Below are positions 1 through 10,235 of a DNA stretch of 49,865 nucleotides, one piece after another (positions within the stretch are counted from its first letter, which is position 1; each line of letters starts with the position of its first letter). Made by a program: the position numbers and the translations under genes. Below the pieces are notes generated by a model. The model was not told the origin of the DNA, searched no databases, and worked only from the letters and a program-made list of their open reading frames with translations. The DNA is taken from assembly GCA_013205645.1 (NCBI GenBank), contig JABMMH010000233.1:1-49865 (forward strand). Direction: 5' to 3'. This stretch comes from Polaromonas sp. Its GTDB lineage: Bacteria > Pseudomonadota > Gammaproteobacteria > Burkholderiales > Burkholderiaceae_C.

Positions 1-1614
1 ACCGACATCGTCAAGATGGTCGAAGCGCCGGTTCTGCACGTCAACGGTGATGACCCTGAAGCCGTTGTTCTGGCGACCCAGTTGGCCCTCGAGTACCGCC
101 TGACGTTCCGCAAAGACGTGGTGTTAGACATCGTCTGTTTCCGCAAGCTGGGCCACAACGAGCAAGACACGCCGGCGCTGACACAGCCGCTGATGTACAA
201 AAAAATCGTCGCGCATCCGGGCACTCGCCGGCTGTTTGCCGACAAGCTGACAACCCAAGGCTTGGGCGACACCTTGGGCGATGACATGGTCAAGTCCTAC
301 CGCGCTGCGCTGGATGCTGGCAAGCACATCGGTGAGTCTGTGCTGAGCAACTTTAAGACCAAGTACACCGTCGACTGGGCTCCGTTTCTGGGCAAAAACT
401 GGACTGACGCGGGTGACACCTCGATTCCGGCGTCAGAGTGGAAGCGCCTGGCCGAAAGAATCACCACGATTCCTGAATCCGTGTCACCGCACCAGTTGGT
501 TAAAAAAGTTTATGACGACCGTGCCGCCATGGGTCGCGGCGACACGCCGGTGGACTGGGGCATGGGCGAGCACATGGCCTTTGCGTCCTTGGTGGCCAGC
601 GGCTACCCGGTGCGTTTGTCGGGCGAAGACAGCGGCCGCGGCACCTTCACACACCGTCATGCGGTGATTCATGACCAAAAGCGTGAAAAGTGGGACATTG
701 GCAGCTACGTTGCATTGCAAAATGTGGCAGAGAACCAAGCCCCTTTCGTGGTCATCGATTCGATCCTGTCCGAAGAAGCCGTGCTTGGTTTTGAGTACGG
801 TTACGCGTCGAACGACCCCAACACCATGGTCATCTGGGAAGCCCAGTTCGGCGACTTCGCCAATGGCGCGCAAGTGGTGATTGACCAGTTCATCGCCTCG
901 GGTGAAGTCAAGTGGGGCCGTGTCAATGGCTTGACCCTGATGCTGCCGCACGGCTACGAAGGGCAAGGACCAGAGCACAGCTCGGCGCGTCTTGAGCGCT
1001 TCATGCAGTTGGCGGCAGACACCAACATGCAGATCGTCCAGCCGACCACGGCGAGCCAGATCTTCCACGTCTTGCGCCGTCAAATGGTGCGCGATCTGCG
1101 CAAGCCGCTGATCATCTTCACGCCTAAGTCCTTGCTGCGTAACAAGGACGCGACTTCACCTGTGTCTGAATTCACCAAAGGCTGCTTCCAGACCGTGATT
1201 CCAGAGAATAAGGTGCTGAAGGCCGATAAGGTCAAGCGCATCTTGGCTTGCTCTGGCAAGGTCTACTACGACTTGGTGAAAAAACGTGAAGAGCTGGCCG
1301 CTAACGATGTCGCCATCTTGCGTGTGGAGCAACTTTATCCGTTCCCGCACAAGGCTTTCGCGGCTGAACTCAAAAAGTACCCGAACGCCACGGAACTGGT
1401 CTGGACGCAAGACGAACCGCAAAACCAGGGTGCTTGGTTCTTTGTGCAGCATTACATCCACGAGAACATGGTGGCCGGACAAAAACTCGGTTACTCAGGC
1501 CGTGCGGCCTCCGCTTCGCCTGCGGTGGGTTATTCACACCTGCACCAAGAGCAGCAAAAGTTACTGGTCGAAGGCGCATTTGGCAAGCTCAAGGGCTTTG
1601 TCCTGTCCAAGTAA
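1..1614 (+). CDS. sucA: 2-oxoglutarate dehydrogenase E1 component (5'-truncated by window edge)
   Basis: Frame open from base 1; HVNGDDPEAV, WEAQFGDFANGAQ and LPHGYEGQGPEHSSARLER motifs; followed by E2 and E3 genes. Confidence 0.98.
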   Translation, partial: TDIVKMVEAPVLHVNGDDPEAVVLATQLALEYRLTFRKDVVLDIVCFRKLGHNEQDTPALTQPLMYKKIVAHPGTRRLFADKLTTQGLGDTLGDDMVKSYRAALDAGKHIGESVLSNFKTKYTVDWAPFLGKNWTDAGDTSIPASEWKRLAERITTIPESVSPHQLVKKVYDDRAAMGRGDTPVDWGMGEHMAFASLVASGYPVRLSGEDSGRGTFTHRHAVIHDQKREKWDIGSYVALQNVAENQAPFVVIDSILSEEAVLGFEYGYASNDPNTMVIWEAQFGDFANGAQVVIDQFIASGEVKWGRVNGLTLMLPHGYEGQGPEHSSARLERFMQLAADTNMQIVQPTTASQIFHVLRRQMVRDLRKPLIIFTPKSLLRNKDATSPVSEFTKGCFQTVIPENKVLKADKVKRILACSGKVYYDLVKKREELAANDVAILRVEQLYPFPHKAFAAELKKYPNATELVWTQDEPQNQGAWFFVQHYIHENMVAGQKLGYSGRAASASPAVGYSHLHQEQQKLLVEGAFGKLKGFVLSK

Positions 1615-1673
1615 TCTGCTCGCGCACATGCTCATTCGTCCCTCATACAGAATCAATTCCCGAAAGATAAAAA

Positions 1674-2930
1674 ATGGCTATCGTTGAAGTCAAAGTCCCG
1701 CAGCTGTCAGAATCCGTGGCCGAGGCCACCATGCTGGTGTGGAAAAAGAAAGTCGGCGACGTCGTCGCGGCTGATGAAATCCTGATTGAAATCGAGACCG
1801 ACAAAGTCGTTCTTGAAGTGCCCGCACCGTCTGCTGGCGTGATCTCAGAAATCCTGATCGGCGACGGCGCTACCGTGCTGGCCGAGCAACTGATCGCCCG
1901 CATCGACACCGACGGCAAGGTCGCTGCCGCTGCCGCTGCACCGGCTGCTGCTTCTGCACCTGCCGCCGCTGCCGCACCTGCGGTGGCAGTCGCTGCCGCT
2001 CCGGCATCCAACAGCATGGCTGGCGTGGCCATGCCCGCCGCGGCCAAGTTGATGGCTGACAACAGTCTGGCAACGGGTTCCGTTTCCGGCACCGGCAAAG
2101 ATGGCCGCGTCACCAAGGGTGATGTGTTGTCTGCCGTTGCTGGCGGCGTCAAGCCAGCTGCCGTGATTCCTGCTGCCGCGCCCAAGGCGCCGCTGCCGCA
2201 AGTGGCCACACCGGCTGCCAGCCTGGGCGAGCGCCCTGAACAACGCGTGCCCATGAGCCGTCTGCGCGCTCGCGTGGCCGAGCGCTTGTTGCAGTCGCAA
2301 TCGACCAACGCCATCCTCACGACTTTCAACGAAATCAACATGGCCCCGGTCATGGAGATGCGCAAGAAGTTCCAGGAAAAGTTCGAAAAAGAACACGGCA
2401 TCAAGCTCGGTTTCATGAGCTTTTTCGTCAAGGCGGCCGTGCACGCTTTGAAGAAATACCCAGTCCTGAACGCGTCTGTTGATGGCAATGACATCGTTTA
2501 CCACGGCTACTTTGACATCGGTATCGCGGTCGGTTCACCGCGTGGTTTGGTCGTGCCTATCTTGCGCAATGCAGACCAGATGAGCTTTGCCGACATCGAG
2601 AAGAAAATTGCCGAATACGGTGCCAAGGCACGTGACGGCAAGCTCGGCATCGAAGAGATGACCGGCGGTACTTTCTCCATCAGCAATGGCGGCACCTTCG
2701 GCTCGATGTTGTCGACGCCGATCATCAACCCACCACAGTCGGCTATTTTGGGCGTGCATGCGACCAAAGACCGCGCCGTGGTTGAGAACGGCCAGATCGT
2801 GGTTCGCCCGATGAACTACTTCGCCATGTCTTACGACCACCGCATCATCGACGGCCGCGAAGCCGTGCTGGGCCTGGTCGCGATGAAAGAGGCGATGGAA
2901 GATCCAGCACGTTTGCTGTTTGACATCTGA
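1674..2930 (+). CDS. sucB: Dihydrolipoyllysine-residue succinyltransferase (E2)
   Basis: Lipoyl domain (IETDKV), Ala/Pro linker, GTGKDGRVTK E3-binding region, catalytic DHRIIDG. Confidence 0.98.
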   Translation: MAIVEVKVPQLSESVAEATMLVWKKKVGDVVAADEILIEIETDKVVLEVPAPSAGVISEILIGDGATVLAEQLIARIDTDGKVAAAAAAPAAASAPAAAAAPAVAVAAAPASNSMAGVAMPAAAKLMADNSLATGSVSGTGKDGRVTKGDVLSAVAGGVKPAAVIPAAAPKAPLPQVATPAASLGERPEQRVPMSRLRARVAERLLQSQSTNAILTTFNEINMAPVMEMRKKFQEKFEKEHGIKLGFMSFFVKAAVHALKKYPVLNASVDGNDIVYHGYFDIGIAVGSPRGLVVPILRNADQMSFADIEKKIAEYGAKARDGKLGIEEMTGGTFSISNGGTFGSMLSTPIINPPQSAILGVHATKDRAVVENGQIVVRPMNYFAMSYDHRIIDGREAVLGLVAMKEAMEDPARLLFDI

Positions 2931-2999
2931 AGAAATTATGGGACAGCCGAAGAAATGCACAGCAGTTTTGCTCTGTCCCCAACTGACTAGAGAGAAATA

Positions 3000-4427
3000 A
3001 TGTCCAAACAATTTGACGTGATCGTTATCGGTGGCGGTCCTGGCGGTTATATCGCCGCGATTCGCGCTGCGCAGCTGGGCTTCAACGTGGCCTGTATCGA
3101 CGAGTGGAAAAATGCCAAGGGCGGCCCGGCTTTGGGCGGCACTTGCACCAACGTGGGTTGTATTCCTTCAAAGGCGCTGCTGCAGTCTTCGGAGCACTTT
3201 GAGCAAGCCGGTCATCATTTTGCGGACCACGGCATCAACGTCTCAGGTCTGAGCCTCGACGTCGCCAAAATGGTGGGCCGCAAGGACACCGTGGTGAAAC
3301 AAAACAACGACGGCGTTGTTTATCTGTTCAAAAAGAACAAGGTGACTTTCTTCCATGGCCGCGGCTCTTTTGTCGTCGCCAAAGATGGCTTGTACGAGAT
3401 CAAAGTGGTTGGCACCGCTGAAGAAACCATCTCTGGCAAGCACGTGATCATCGCCACGGGATCCAACGCACGGGTCTTGCCGGGCACGCCGTTTGATGAA
3501 GATAAAATCTTGTCCAACGACGGCGCATTGCGCATGACGGCTGTGCCAAAAAAACTCGGCCTGATTGGCTCTGGCGTGATCGGCTTGGAGATGGGCTCCG
3601 TCTGGCGTCGTCTGGGTTCAGAAGTGACCGTGCTAGAAGGCCTGCCGACATTCCTAGGTGCAGTCGACCAACAAATCGCCAAAGAAGCCCACAAGGCCTT
3701 TGTCAAGCAAGGTTTGAAGATCGAGCTCGGCGTCAAAGTCGGCGAGATCAAGTCGGGTAAAAAAGGCGTGTCAGTCGCCTACACCAACGCCAAGGGCGAA
3801 GCGCTGTCACTCGACGTTGACAAACTCATCATCTCGATTGGCCGCGTCGCCAACACCATCGGCCTCGCCGCTGATGTCGTTGGCTTGGCGCTCGACGAGC
3901 GCGGTGCGATCGTCGTTGACGGTGACTGCAAAACCAATTTGCCCAACGTCTGGGCGGTGGGTGACGTGGTGCGCGGCCCAATGCTCGCACACAAAGCGGA
4001 AGAAGAGGGCGTTGCTGTTGCTGAGCGCATTGCTGGCCAACACGGCCATGTCAACTTCAACACCATCCCTTGGGTGATTTACACCAACCCCGAGATTGCT
4101 TGGGTCGGTCAAACTGAAGAGCAACTCAAGGCTGAAGGCCGCGCTTACAAAGCCGGCACTTTCCCGTTCTTGGCCAATGGTCGGGCCCGTGCTTTGGGTG
4201 ACACCACCGGCATGGTCAAAATGTTGGCGGACGCTGTCTCTGACGAAATTCTTGGCGTGCACATCGTCGGCCCAATGGCCAGCGAATTGATCGCCGAGTG
4301 TGTGGTGGCGATGGAGTTTCGCGCCAGCAGTGAAGACATTGCCCGCATCTGCCACGCGCATCCGTCGCTCAGCGAAGCCACCAAGGAAGCGGCTTTGGCG
4401 GTTGACAAACGCACGCTCAATTTCTGA
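3000..4427 (+). CDS. lpdA: Dihydrolipoyl dehydrogenase (E3)
   Basis: GGGPGG FAD motif, GGTCTNVGCIP redox disulfide, HAHPSLSE. Confidence 0.98.
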   Translation: MSKQFDVIVIGGGPGGYIAAIRAAQLGFNVACIDEWKNAKGGPALGGTCTNVGCIPSKALLQSSEHFEQAGHHFADHGINVSGLSLDVAKMVGRKDTVVKQNNDGVVYLFKKNKVTFFHGRGSFVVAKDGLYEIKVVGTAEETISGKHVIIATGSNARVLPGTPFDEDKILSNDGALRMTAVPKKLGLIGSGVIGLEMGSVWRRLGSEVTVLEGLPTFLGAVDQQIAKEAHKAFVKQGLKIELGVKVGEIKSGKKGVSVAYTNAKGEALSLDVDKLIISIGRVANTIGLAADVVGLALDERGAIVVDGDCKTNLPNVWAVGDVVRGPMLAHKAEEEGVAVAERIAGQHGHVNFNTIPWVIYTNPEIAWVGQTEEQLKAEGRAYKAGTFPFLANGRARALGDTTGMVKMLADAVSDEILGVHIVGPMASELIAECVVAMEFRASSEDIARICHAHPSLSEATKEAALAVDKRTLNF

Positions 4428-4450
4428 ACTTGGCCCGCCAACCTAAGCTG

Positions 4451-5548
4451 ATGCCGGTCCATGTAGCCTACGAGGCAGAGCTACAGGCGCGCGGTTATGT
4501 CAGCGATCCTGCGCAGCTGCGCGCGGTCGCAGCGCTTGAACGCTGCGCAACGGAGTGGGCCAGCTTCAAAGAAAAGCGTTCAAACGCCTTCAAGAAGTTG
4601 ATCAACCGGCCGGCTATTCCGCGCGGTGTTTACATGCACGGCGGCGTTGGCCGGGGTAAAAGCTTTCTGATGGATTGCTTTTACAACGCAGTGCCACTCA
4701 AGCGCAAAACACGGCTGCATTTTCATGAGTTCATGCGTGAAGTACACCGTGAACTGCGCGATTTGCAAGGCACGGTGAATCCGCTTGATGAGTTGGGCCG
4801 CAGAATTTCTCTGCGCTACCGTTTGATCTGCTTCGATGAGTTTCACGTGGCCGACATCACGGACGCGATGATCCTGCACCGACTGCTGGCCGCCTTGTTT
4901 GACAACGGCGTGGGTTTTGTCACGACTTCCAACTTCAAGCCAGATGACCTGTACCCCAATGGCTTGCACCGGGACCGCATCTTGCCGGCGATTGCGTTGC
5001 TGAAGGAAAATCTGGAAGTGCTGAGTGTCGACAACGGCACCGACTACCGGCGTCGCACGTTAGAGCAACTCAGGCTATACCTCACGCCGCTCGGGGCCGA
5101 AGTTGACGCGGAGATGACTCAGACCTTCAACCGGCTGGCTGAAGCGCACGACGAAGACCCGATTTTACAGATTGAAGCCAGGCAGATTCAGGCTCGCCGC
5201 AAAGCGGGTGGTCTGGTCTGGTTCGACTTCAAAACGCTGTGCGGTGGACCGCGTTCACAAAACGATTACTTGGAGCTGGCCAGTCAGTTCCACACCGTGA
5301 TGCTCAGCGGTGTGCCGCACATGCCGGTTAACAAAGCATCTGAAGCACGGCGCTTCACTTGGTTGGTCGACGTCTTGTATGACCGCCGCGTCAAGCTGAT
5401 CATGTCGGCTGAAGTGGCACCAGAAGAGCTCTACACCGAAGGCCCACTGGCGCATGAATTTCCGCGTACCATTTCACGTTTGAATGAAATGCAGTCGGCA
5501 GAATTTCTGGCCCTTGAGCGCCGGGATGTCGATACGTCGCTCACATGA
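4451..5548 (+). CDS. zapE: Cell division ATPase ZapE (AFG1 family)
   Basis: Walker A GGVGRGKS, HFHEFM, CFDEF, ARRF; ATG at 4451 chosen (TTG at 4430 is an alternative). Confidence 0.92.
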   Translation: MPVHVAYEAELQARGYVSDPAQLRAVAALERCATEWASFKEKRSNAFKKLINRPAIPRGVYMHGGVGRGKSFLMDCFYNAVPLKRKTRLHFHEFMREVHRELRDLQGTVNPLDELGRRISLRYRLICFDEFHVADITDAMILHRLLAALFDNGVGFVTTSNFKPDDLYPNGLHRDRILPAIALLKENLEVLSVDNGTDYRRRTLEQLRLYLTPLGAEVDAEMTQTFNRLAEAHDEDPILQIEARQIQARRKAGGLVWFDFKTLCGGPRSQNDYLELASQFHTVMLSGVPHMPVNKASEARRFTWLVDVLYDRRVKLIMSAEVAPEELYTEGPLAHEFPRTISRLNEMQSAEFLALERRDVDTSLT

Positions 5549-6186
5549 AATTCATTTTTACACTGGCGCTTTGGTTTGGTTTGACAGGCAGTGTCTTGGC
5601 TCAGGCAGAGGTTGATGCCGGGCAGCTGGCGCGCAACGCCGAGCGAGTGCGCATCACGGCTGAAAGGCAGCAGATTGAATCTGCTTTCAAAGCCGAGCAA
5701 GCCATTTGCTTTCGCAAGTTCTTCGCCAATGCCTGCCGTGACGAACTTCTGCAGCCGTACCGTTCGGCCTTGGCCGATCTGCGTCGTCAAGAAGTTTTGA
5801 TGAACGAAGTTGAGCGCAAAATTAGTGCCGCCGATCAGTTGCTGAAAAATGAAGAGCGGCTCTCTTTGCAGCGCGAAAAGCAAGCAGAGCAAGCGATCAA
5901 AGTCCAGCAAGATGCCGATAATTTGACCGAGCGCGCCAAGCAACAAAAGATCAATCAGGGGAATGCCGCTGAGCAGGCGGCTGGCAACATAGCCGACAGG
6001 GATGCCAAGTTGGACAGCCGTCAAAGCCAGGCGGCTGAGGCAGAAACAAAGCGCGCCCAAGCCGCTGCCAATGTCGAGGCCACACGCCAGCGGCAGGCGC
6101 AAGCGGCGCAGCGCCGGGCAGAGCACGAACAACGCTTGCGCGACCAGGGCCCGCCGACCGGGAAATCCCTGCCGACTTATCCCTGA
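5545..6186 (+). CDS. Exported coiled-coil hypothetical protein with a Cys pair
   Basis: Signal peptide ending VLA-Q; CFRKFFANAC; A/Q/E/R-rich helix; ATGA overlap with zapE stop. Confidence 0.8.
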   Translation: MKFIFTLALWFGLTGSVLAQAEVDAGQLARNAERVRITAERQQIESAFKAEQAICFRKFFANACRDELLQPYRSALADLRRQEVLMNEVERKISAADQLLKNEERLSLQREKQAEQAIKVQQDADNLTERAKQQKINQGNAAEQAAGNIADRDAKLDSRQSQAAEAETKRAQAAANVEATRQRQAQAAQRRAEHEQRLRDQGPPTGKSLPTYP

Positions 6187-6202
6187 ACTGCAGGCCGTCA
6201 CC

Positions 6203-6406
6203 ATGTTCACCAACCTGCATTCAGCCGAGAGGCGACTGATCGACATGACCATCGAACACGCAGACCTCGATGCGTTGATCGATTCGATGGCACACACCCT
6301 GCCGGTCGACCAGCTCTTGTTCAAACGATTGAAAAAACGCCGGCTGGTTTTGCGCGACAAAATCGCGCAGCTTGAATCCTCCCTGCGCCCGGCCGAGCCC
6401 GCCTGA
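6203..6406 (+). CDS. YdcH/DUF465 family small protein
   Basis: EHADLD...RLKKRRLVLRDKI pattern; ATG at 6203; stop overlaps next start (TGATG). Confidence 0.85.
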   Translation: MFTNLHSAERRLIDMTIEHADLDALIDSMAHTLPVDQLLFKRLKKRRLVLRDKIAQLESSLRPAEPA

Positions 6407-8412
6407 TGGATCTTGAGCAGCAAGTCGAAGCGGCTTTTGGGCCTGACGGTGTGTTGTCCCGCGCCGCCGATCAGTTTGTGCCGCGCAGTGGCCAAACCGA
6501 GATGGCGCTGGCGGTAGCGCGTGCGATTGAAGGTGCTTATCCCTTGGTGGTCGAAGCCAGCACTGGCGTCGGTAAAACTTTTTCTTATTTGGTACCGGCC
6601 TTGCTCAGCGGTGAGCGCGTCTTGTTGTCGACCGCCACCAAGGCCTTGCAAGACCAGTTGTACGGCCGCGATTTACCGCGCCTCGTCGAAGCCTTGGGCG
6701 TGCCGGTCAGCACCGCGCTGTTGAAGGGGCGTGGCAGTTATTTGTGCCTGCATCGCATGGAGCAAGCGCGCACCGAAGCCATGCAAGCTGAGCGCAGCAT
6801 CCTGCATGCCTTGGCGCGCATCGAGGAATGGTCGCAAACCACGCGCACCGGGGATTTGGCTGAACTGCCGGGTCTGGACGAGCGCTCGCCGGTGATTCCC
6901 CTGGTCACATCGACCCGCGAAAACTGCCTGGGCGCAGCCTGCCCGAGGTTCCGCGCCTGTCACGTCAATCTGGCCCGGCGCGAGGCTTTGGCCGCTGACG
7001 TCGTGGTCATCAACCATCATTTGTTTTTTGCCGATTTGGCCGTCCGTGAGTCGGGTGTGGCTGAATTGCTGCCGACAGTGCGCATCGCGATTTTTGACGA
7101 AGCCCATCAGCTCAACGAAACCGGCGTGCAGTTTTTGGGCAAAAACATCACCACCAGTCAACTCTTGGATTTTTGCCGGGACTTACTTGGCACCGGACTG
7201 CAAATGGCGCGTGGTTTGGCTGACTGGCAAGAGCTCGCCGGCAAAGCCGAACGCGCCGCCCGTGAGCTGCGTCTGTGTGTCGGCAAAGCCCATCCCGGCA
7301 CCAAGCTGCGCTGGACTGAAACTTGCCCTGAAACAGTCGACCCCGATGCTTGGGCGCTTGCCTTGGAAGAAATGGGTGATGCTTGTTCGGCGGCAGCCGA
7401 AGCACTCGACACAGTGAGTGAGATTGCACCGGACTTTGGGCGACTGCTGGAGCGTGCAGTTGAGTTCGGCGAACGCCTGCGGCATTTCGCTGGGCCTTGC
7501 CAGACCGGGTCGGTGCGTTGGCTGGAAGTTGGCGCGCAACTGCGCTTGATCGAGTCGCCGTTGGACATCGCCCAAGCGGTGCAGGCCAAGGTGCTTGGCA
7601 ATAACCCGGAAGCAGCGAAGACCTGGATTTTTACTTCGGCCACCCTCGGTGACGATGACAAATTGAGCTGGTTCACCAAGCCTTGCGGTTTGGTCGGCGC
7701 GCAATTGTTGAAGGTTGGCAGTCCGTTCGACTATGCGACGCAGGCAGCGGTTTATGTGCCGCGCGATTTTCCGAAGCCCAGCGAGGCGGCTCACATGACC
7801 CGCGTGGCGCAGTCAACAGCGCTCTGGGCTGCGCGGCTGGGCGGCCGAACCATGGTGCTGACAACCACCTTGCGGGCTTTGCGCGGCATCGCCGACATAT
7901 TGCGTGAGACCTTTGATGCGTCGGGTGAACTCGACGTGCTGGTCCAAGGGGCTTTGCCGAAACGCGTGCTGATCGAACGGTTTCGCCGCGGCAGCTCGAA
8001 CGGCGAGGCCGGTTGCATTCTGGTCGCCTCAGCTTCTTTTTGGGAAGGCATTGACGTGCCGGGTGATGCCTTGCAGCTGGTCATCATCGACAAGTTGCCC
8101 TTCCCGCCGCCGAATGATCCGATGGCAGAAGCTCGCTCAAAACACATCGAGTCAGAAGGCCGCAGCGCTTTCAATGATTACTTTTTGCCAGAGGCTGCGG
8201 TGGCCCTCAAACAGGGTGCCGGACGCTTGATTCGGCGCGAAACCGATCAGGGCATTCTGGTGGTCTGTGACACCCGTTTGGTGGCGATGGGTTATGGCAA
8301 GCGGCTACTGAAAGCCTTGCCACCGATGCAACGATTGAACTCCGAGGCGGAGTTGTTAGATCGACTGGATGGGCTCACCAAAACTTGTACCACGAGCCCT
8401 CTTTCGCTTTGA
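6406..8412 (+). CDS. yoaA: ATP-dependent DNA helicase, DinG/YoaA family (Fe-S)
   Basis: ASTGVGKT, four Fe-S Cys (LCLHR...NCLGAACPRFRAC), DEAH, FWEGIDVPG, QGAGRLIR. Confidence 0.93.
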   Translation: MDLEQQVEAAFGPDGVLSRAADQFVPRSGQTEMALAVARAIEGAYPLVVEASTGVGKTFSYLVPALLSGERVLLSTATKALQDQLYGRDLPRLVEALGVPVSTALLKGRGSYLCLHRMEQARTEAMQAERSILHALARIEEWSQTTRTGDLAELPGLDERSPVIPLVTSTRENCLGAACPRFRACHVNLARREALAADVVVINHHLFFADLAVRESGVAELLPTVRIAIFDEAHQLNETGVQFLGKNITTSQLLDFCRDLLGTGLQMARGLADWQELAGKAERAARELRLCVGKAHPGTKLRWTETCPETVDPDAWALALEEMGDACSAAAEALDTVSEIAPDFGRLLERAVEFGERLRHFAGPCQTGSVRWLEVGAQLRLIESPLDIAQAVQAKVLGNNPEAAKTWIFTSATLGDDDKLSWFTKPCGLVGAQLLKVGSPFDYATQAAVYVPRDFPKPSEAAHMTRVAQSTALWAARLGGRTMVLTTTLRALRGIADILRETFDASGELDVLVQGALPKRVLIERFRRGSSNGEAGCILVASASFWEGIDVPGDALQLVIIDKLPFPPPNDPMAEARSKHIESEGRSAFNDYFLPEAAVALKQGAGRLIRRETDQGILVVCDTRLVAMGYGKRLLKALPPMQRLNSEAELLDRLDGLTKTCTTSPLSL

Positions 8413-9193
8413 CGTCTCGGCGCGTGAACGCGCTGTTCGGGTAGTTTTTCTGCATCACGCGAAGCGTGTCGTCACGCAGTTGCGTCATGCCCAAGGCGTC
8501 ATACGAACGGTAAATAAGCGAGAGGGCTTCTTCAATGGCCGGCACATCACGGTATTCAGTGATGGCGATTTGAGCCCGATTGATGGACGCCACATAGGCG
8601 CCGCGGCTGAAATAGAAGCGAGCCACATGCACTTCTGACTCGGCCAGCGAGTTGACGATGTAAGTCATGCGCAGGCGAGCGTCGGGTGTGTATTTCGAAT
8701 CAGGAAAACGTGTGGCCAGTTCCTTGAAAGACTCAAACGATTCTTTGGCCGACTTTTGGTCGCGCTCAGAAAGATCTTGGCTGACCCAAGAGCTGAAAAG
8801 GCCAAGGTTGTCATTGAAATTGACCAGCCCTTTCAAATACAGCGCATAGTCCAAGGCTGAACTGGCGGGATGCAGTCGCACAAAGCGGTCCAGGGTGGCG
8901 ATGGCTTGAACTTTGTCACCGTTTCTATACTGGGTGTAAGCTTTTTCAAGTTGGGCCTGCTGGGCCAAGGGGGTTCCAGCTGCGCGGCCTTCCAGCTTTT
9001 CATACAAGCCGATGGATTTTTCAAAGGCGCCGGAGGCGGCTTCGTCTTTGGCTTCCGAGTAAATTTTGTTCGGGCTCCATGTTGCGGTCGGGTCTACCGG
9101 CGTTGATGCGCAACCGGCCAAAAGGCCGCCGAGAATTAAAACAGCCGTGGCTGTGCGAGTCGTGGCTTGAAGCGCCGATAATTTGAACAACAT
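8375..9193 (-). CDS. bamD: Outer membrane protein assembly factor BamD
   Basis: Lipobox LLAGC, TPR repeats, FPDSKYTPDA; divergent from rluD as in other Proteobacteria; start placed at ATG 9193. Confidence 0.95.
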   Translation of the reverse strand: MLFKLSALQATTRTATAVLILGGLLAGCASTPVDPTATWSPNKIYSEAKDEAASGAFEKSIGLYEKLEGRAAGTPLAQQAQLEKAYTQYRNGDKVQAIATLDRFVRLHPASSALDYALYLKGLVNFNDNLGLFSSWVSQDLSERDQKSAKESFESFKELATRFPDSKYTPDARLRMTYIVNSLAESEVHVARFYFSRGAYVASINRAQIAITEYRDVPAIEEALSLIYRSYDALGMTQLRDDTLRVMQKNYPNSAFTRRDVKAKEGSWYKFW

Positions 9194-9209
9194 CGTGATC
9201 GACTCTCTA

Positions 9210-10235
9210 ATGACTGTTTCTGAACCTAGCCCAATAATTATATCGAGCGACCCTGTGATCGCTGACGACTCTCTTGAGGAGAGCGACAGCGTCGTTGAGG
9301 TCGAATTGCGCGAGGCCGAAGTGCCTATTTCGGCGCACGGCGAGCGGCTTGACCGTGCCTTGGCTGGAATTGTGCCCGAGTTCTCGCGCACCTACTTGCA
9401 GCAGCTCATCGAGTCCGGCGCTGTCCGCTTGAAAAAGCTAGTCGTCACCAAAACCTCGGCCAAGGTCAAGGCCGGCGATCTGTTGCAAATTGAGCTCAGA
9501 CCAACACCCCAAAGCCAAGCCTTCAAGCCTGAAGCCATGGATTTGGACGTTGTTTTTGAAGATGACTACTTGCTGGTGATCAACAAACCGGCGGGCTTGG
9601 TGGTGCACCCGGCCCCGGGCAATTGGAGTGGTACGCTGCTGAACGGTTTGTTGGGTCGTGATGACGCGATGCGTTTCTTGCCGCGTGCCGGCATCGTGCA
9701 CCGGCTCGACAAAGACACCAGCGGCCTGATGGTGGTGGCCAAAACCCGCGAAGCCATGGACCGGCTGGTCGAGATGATCGCAGCCCGGGAAGTTAATCGC
9801 GACTATCTGGCGGTAGGTCACAAAGAGTGGCTGGGATCGCGGCAACAGCAGGTGGCGTTGCCGATCGGCCGCGACCCGCGCAACCGTCTGCGCATGGCGG
9901 TGGTCGATTTGGAGCGTAACTCTGGCAAAACAGCCATGACCGACATTTCATTGATCGACAACCAGGATGATTTTTGCCTGGTGCGCTGCAAGCTGTACAC
10001 CGGCCGCACGCATCAAATCCGCGTTCACATGGGGGCACTGGGTCATCCGTTGGTTTCTGATGCGCTCTATGGCGGTGAGCCTGCCGTTAGCCTCACGCGC
10101 CAAGCCTTGCATGCCCGTCGCTTAGGTTTTGAGCATCCTGTGAGCGGCGAGGCCATGAGTTTTATATCACCGGTGCCGGCCGACTTGGAAGCCGCCATGG
10201 CTGAGCTGGGGCTCAGTTATAATGGAAAACTGTAG
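9210..10235 (+). CDS. rluD: 23S rRNA pseudouridine synthase RluD (RluA family)
   Basis: S4 domain (ERLDRAL), INKPAGLVVHP, HRLDKDTSG, TGRTHQIRVH; exact start uncertain. Confidence 0.93.
   Translation: MTVSEPSPIIISSDPVIADDSLEESDSVVEVELREAEVPISAHGERLDRALAGIVPEFSRTYLQQLIESGAVRLKKLVVTKTSAKVKAGDLLQIELRPTPQSQAFKPEAMDLDVVFEDDYLLVINKPAGLVVHPAPGNWSGTLLNGLLGRDDAMRFLPRAGIVHRLDKDTSGLMVVAKTREAMDRLVEMIAAREVNRDYLAVGHKEWLGSRQQQVALPIGRDPRNRLRMAVVDLERNSGKTAMTDISLIDNQDDFCLVRCKLYTGRTHQIRVHMGALGHPLVSDALYGGEPAVSLTRQALHARRLGFEHPVSGEAMSFISPVPADLEAAMAELGLSYNGKL
10218..10223 (+). promoter_or_regulatory. Probable sigma70 -10 box for scpB-rluB
   Basis: Perfect TATAAT inside the rluD 3' end, about 140 nt upstream of scpB, in GC-rich DNA. 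Confidence 0.55.

Noticed and set aside
1915-2045. Ala/Pro repeats in sucB
   Set aside because: Normal flexible linker of E2 subunits
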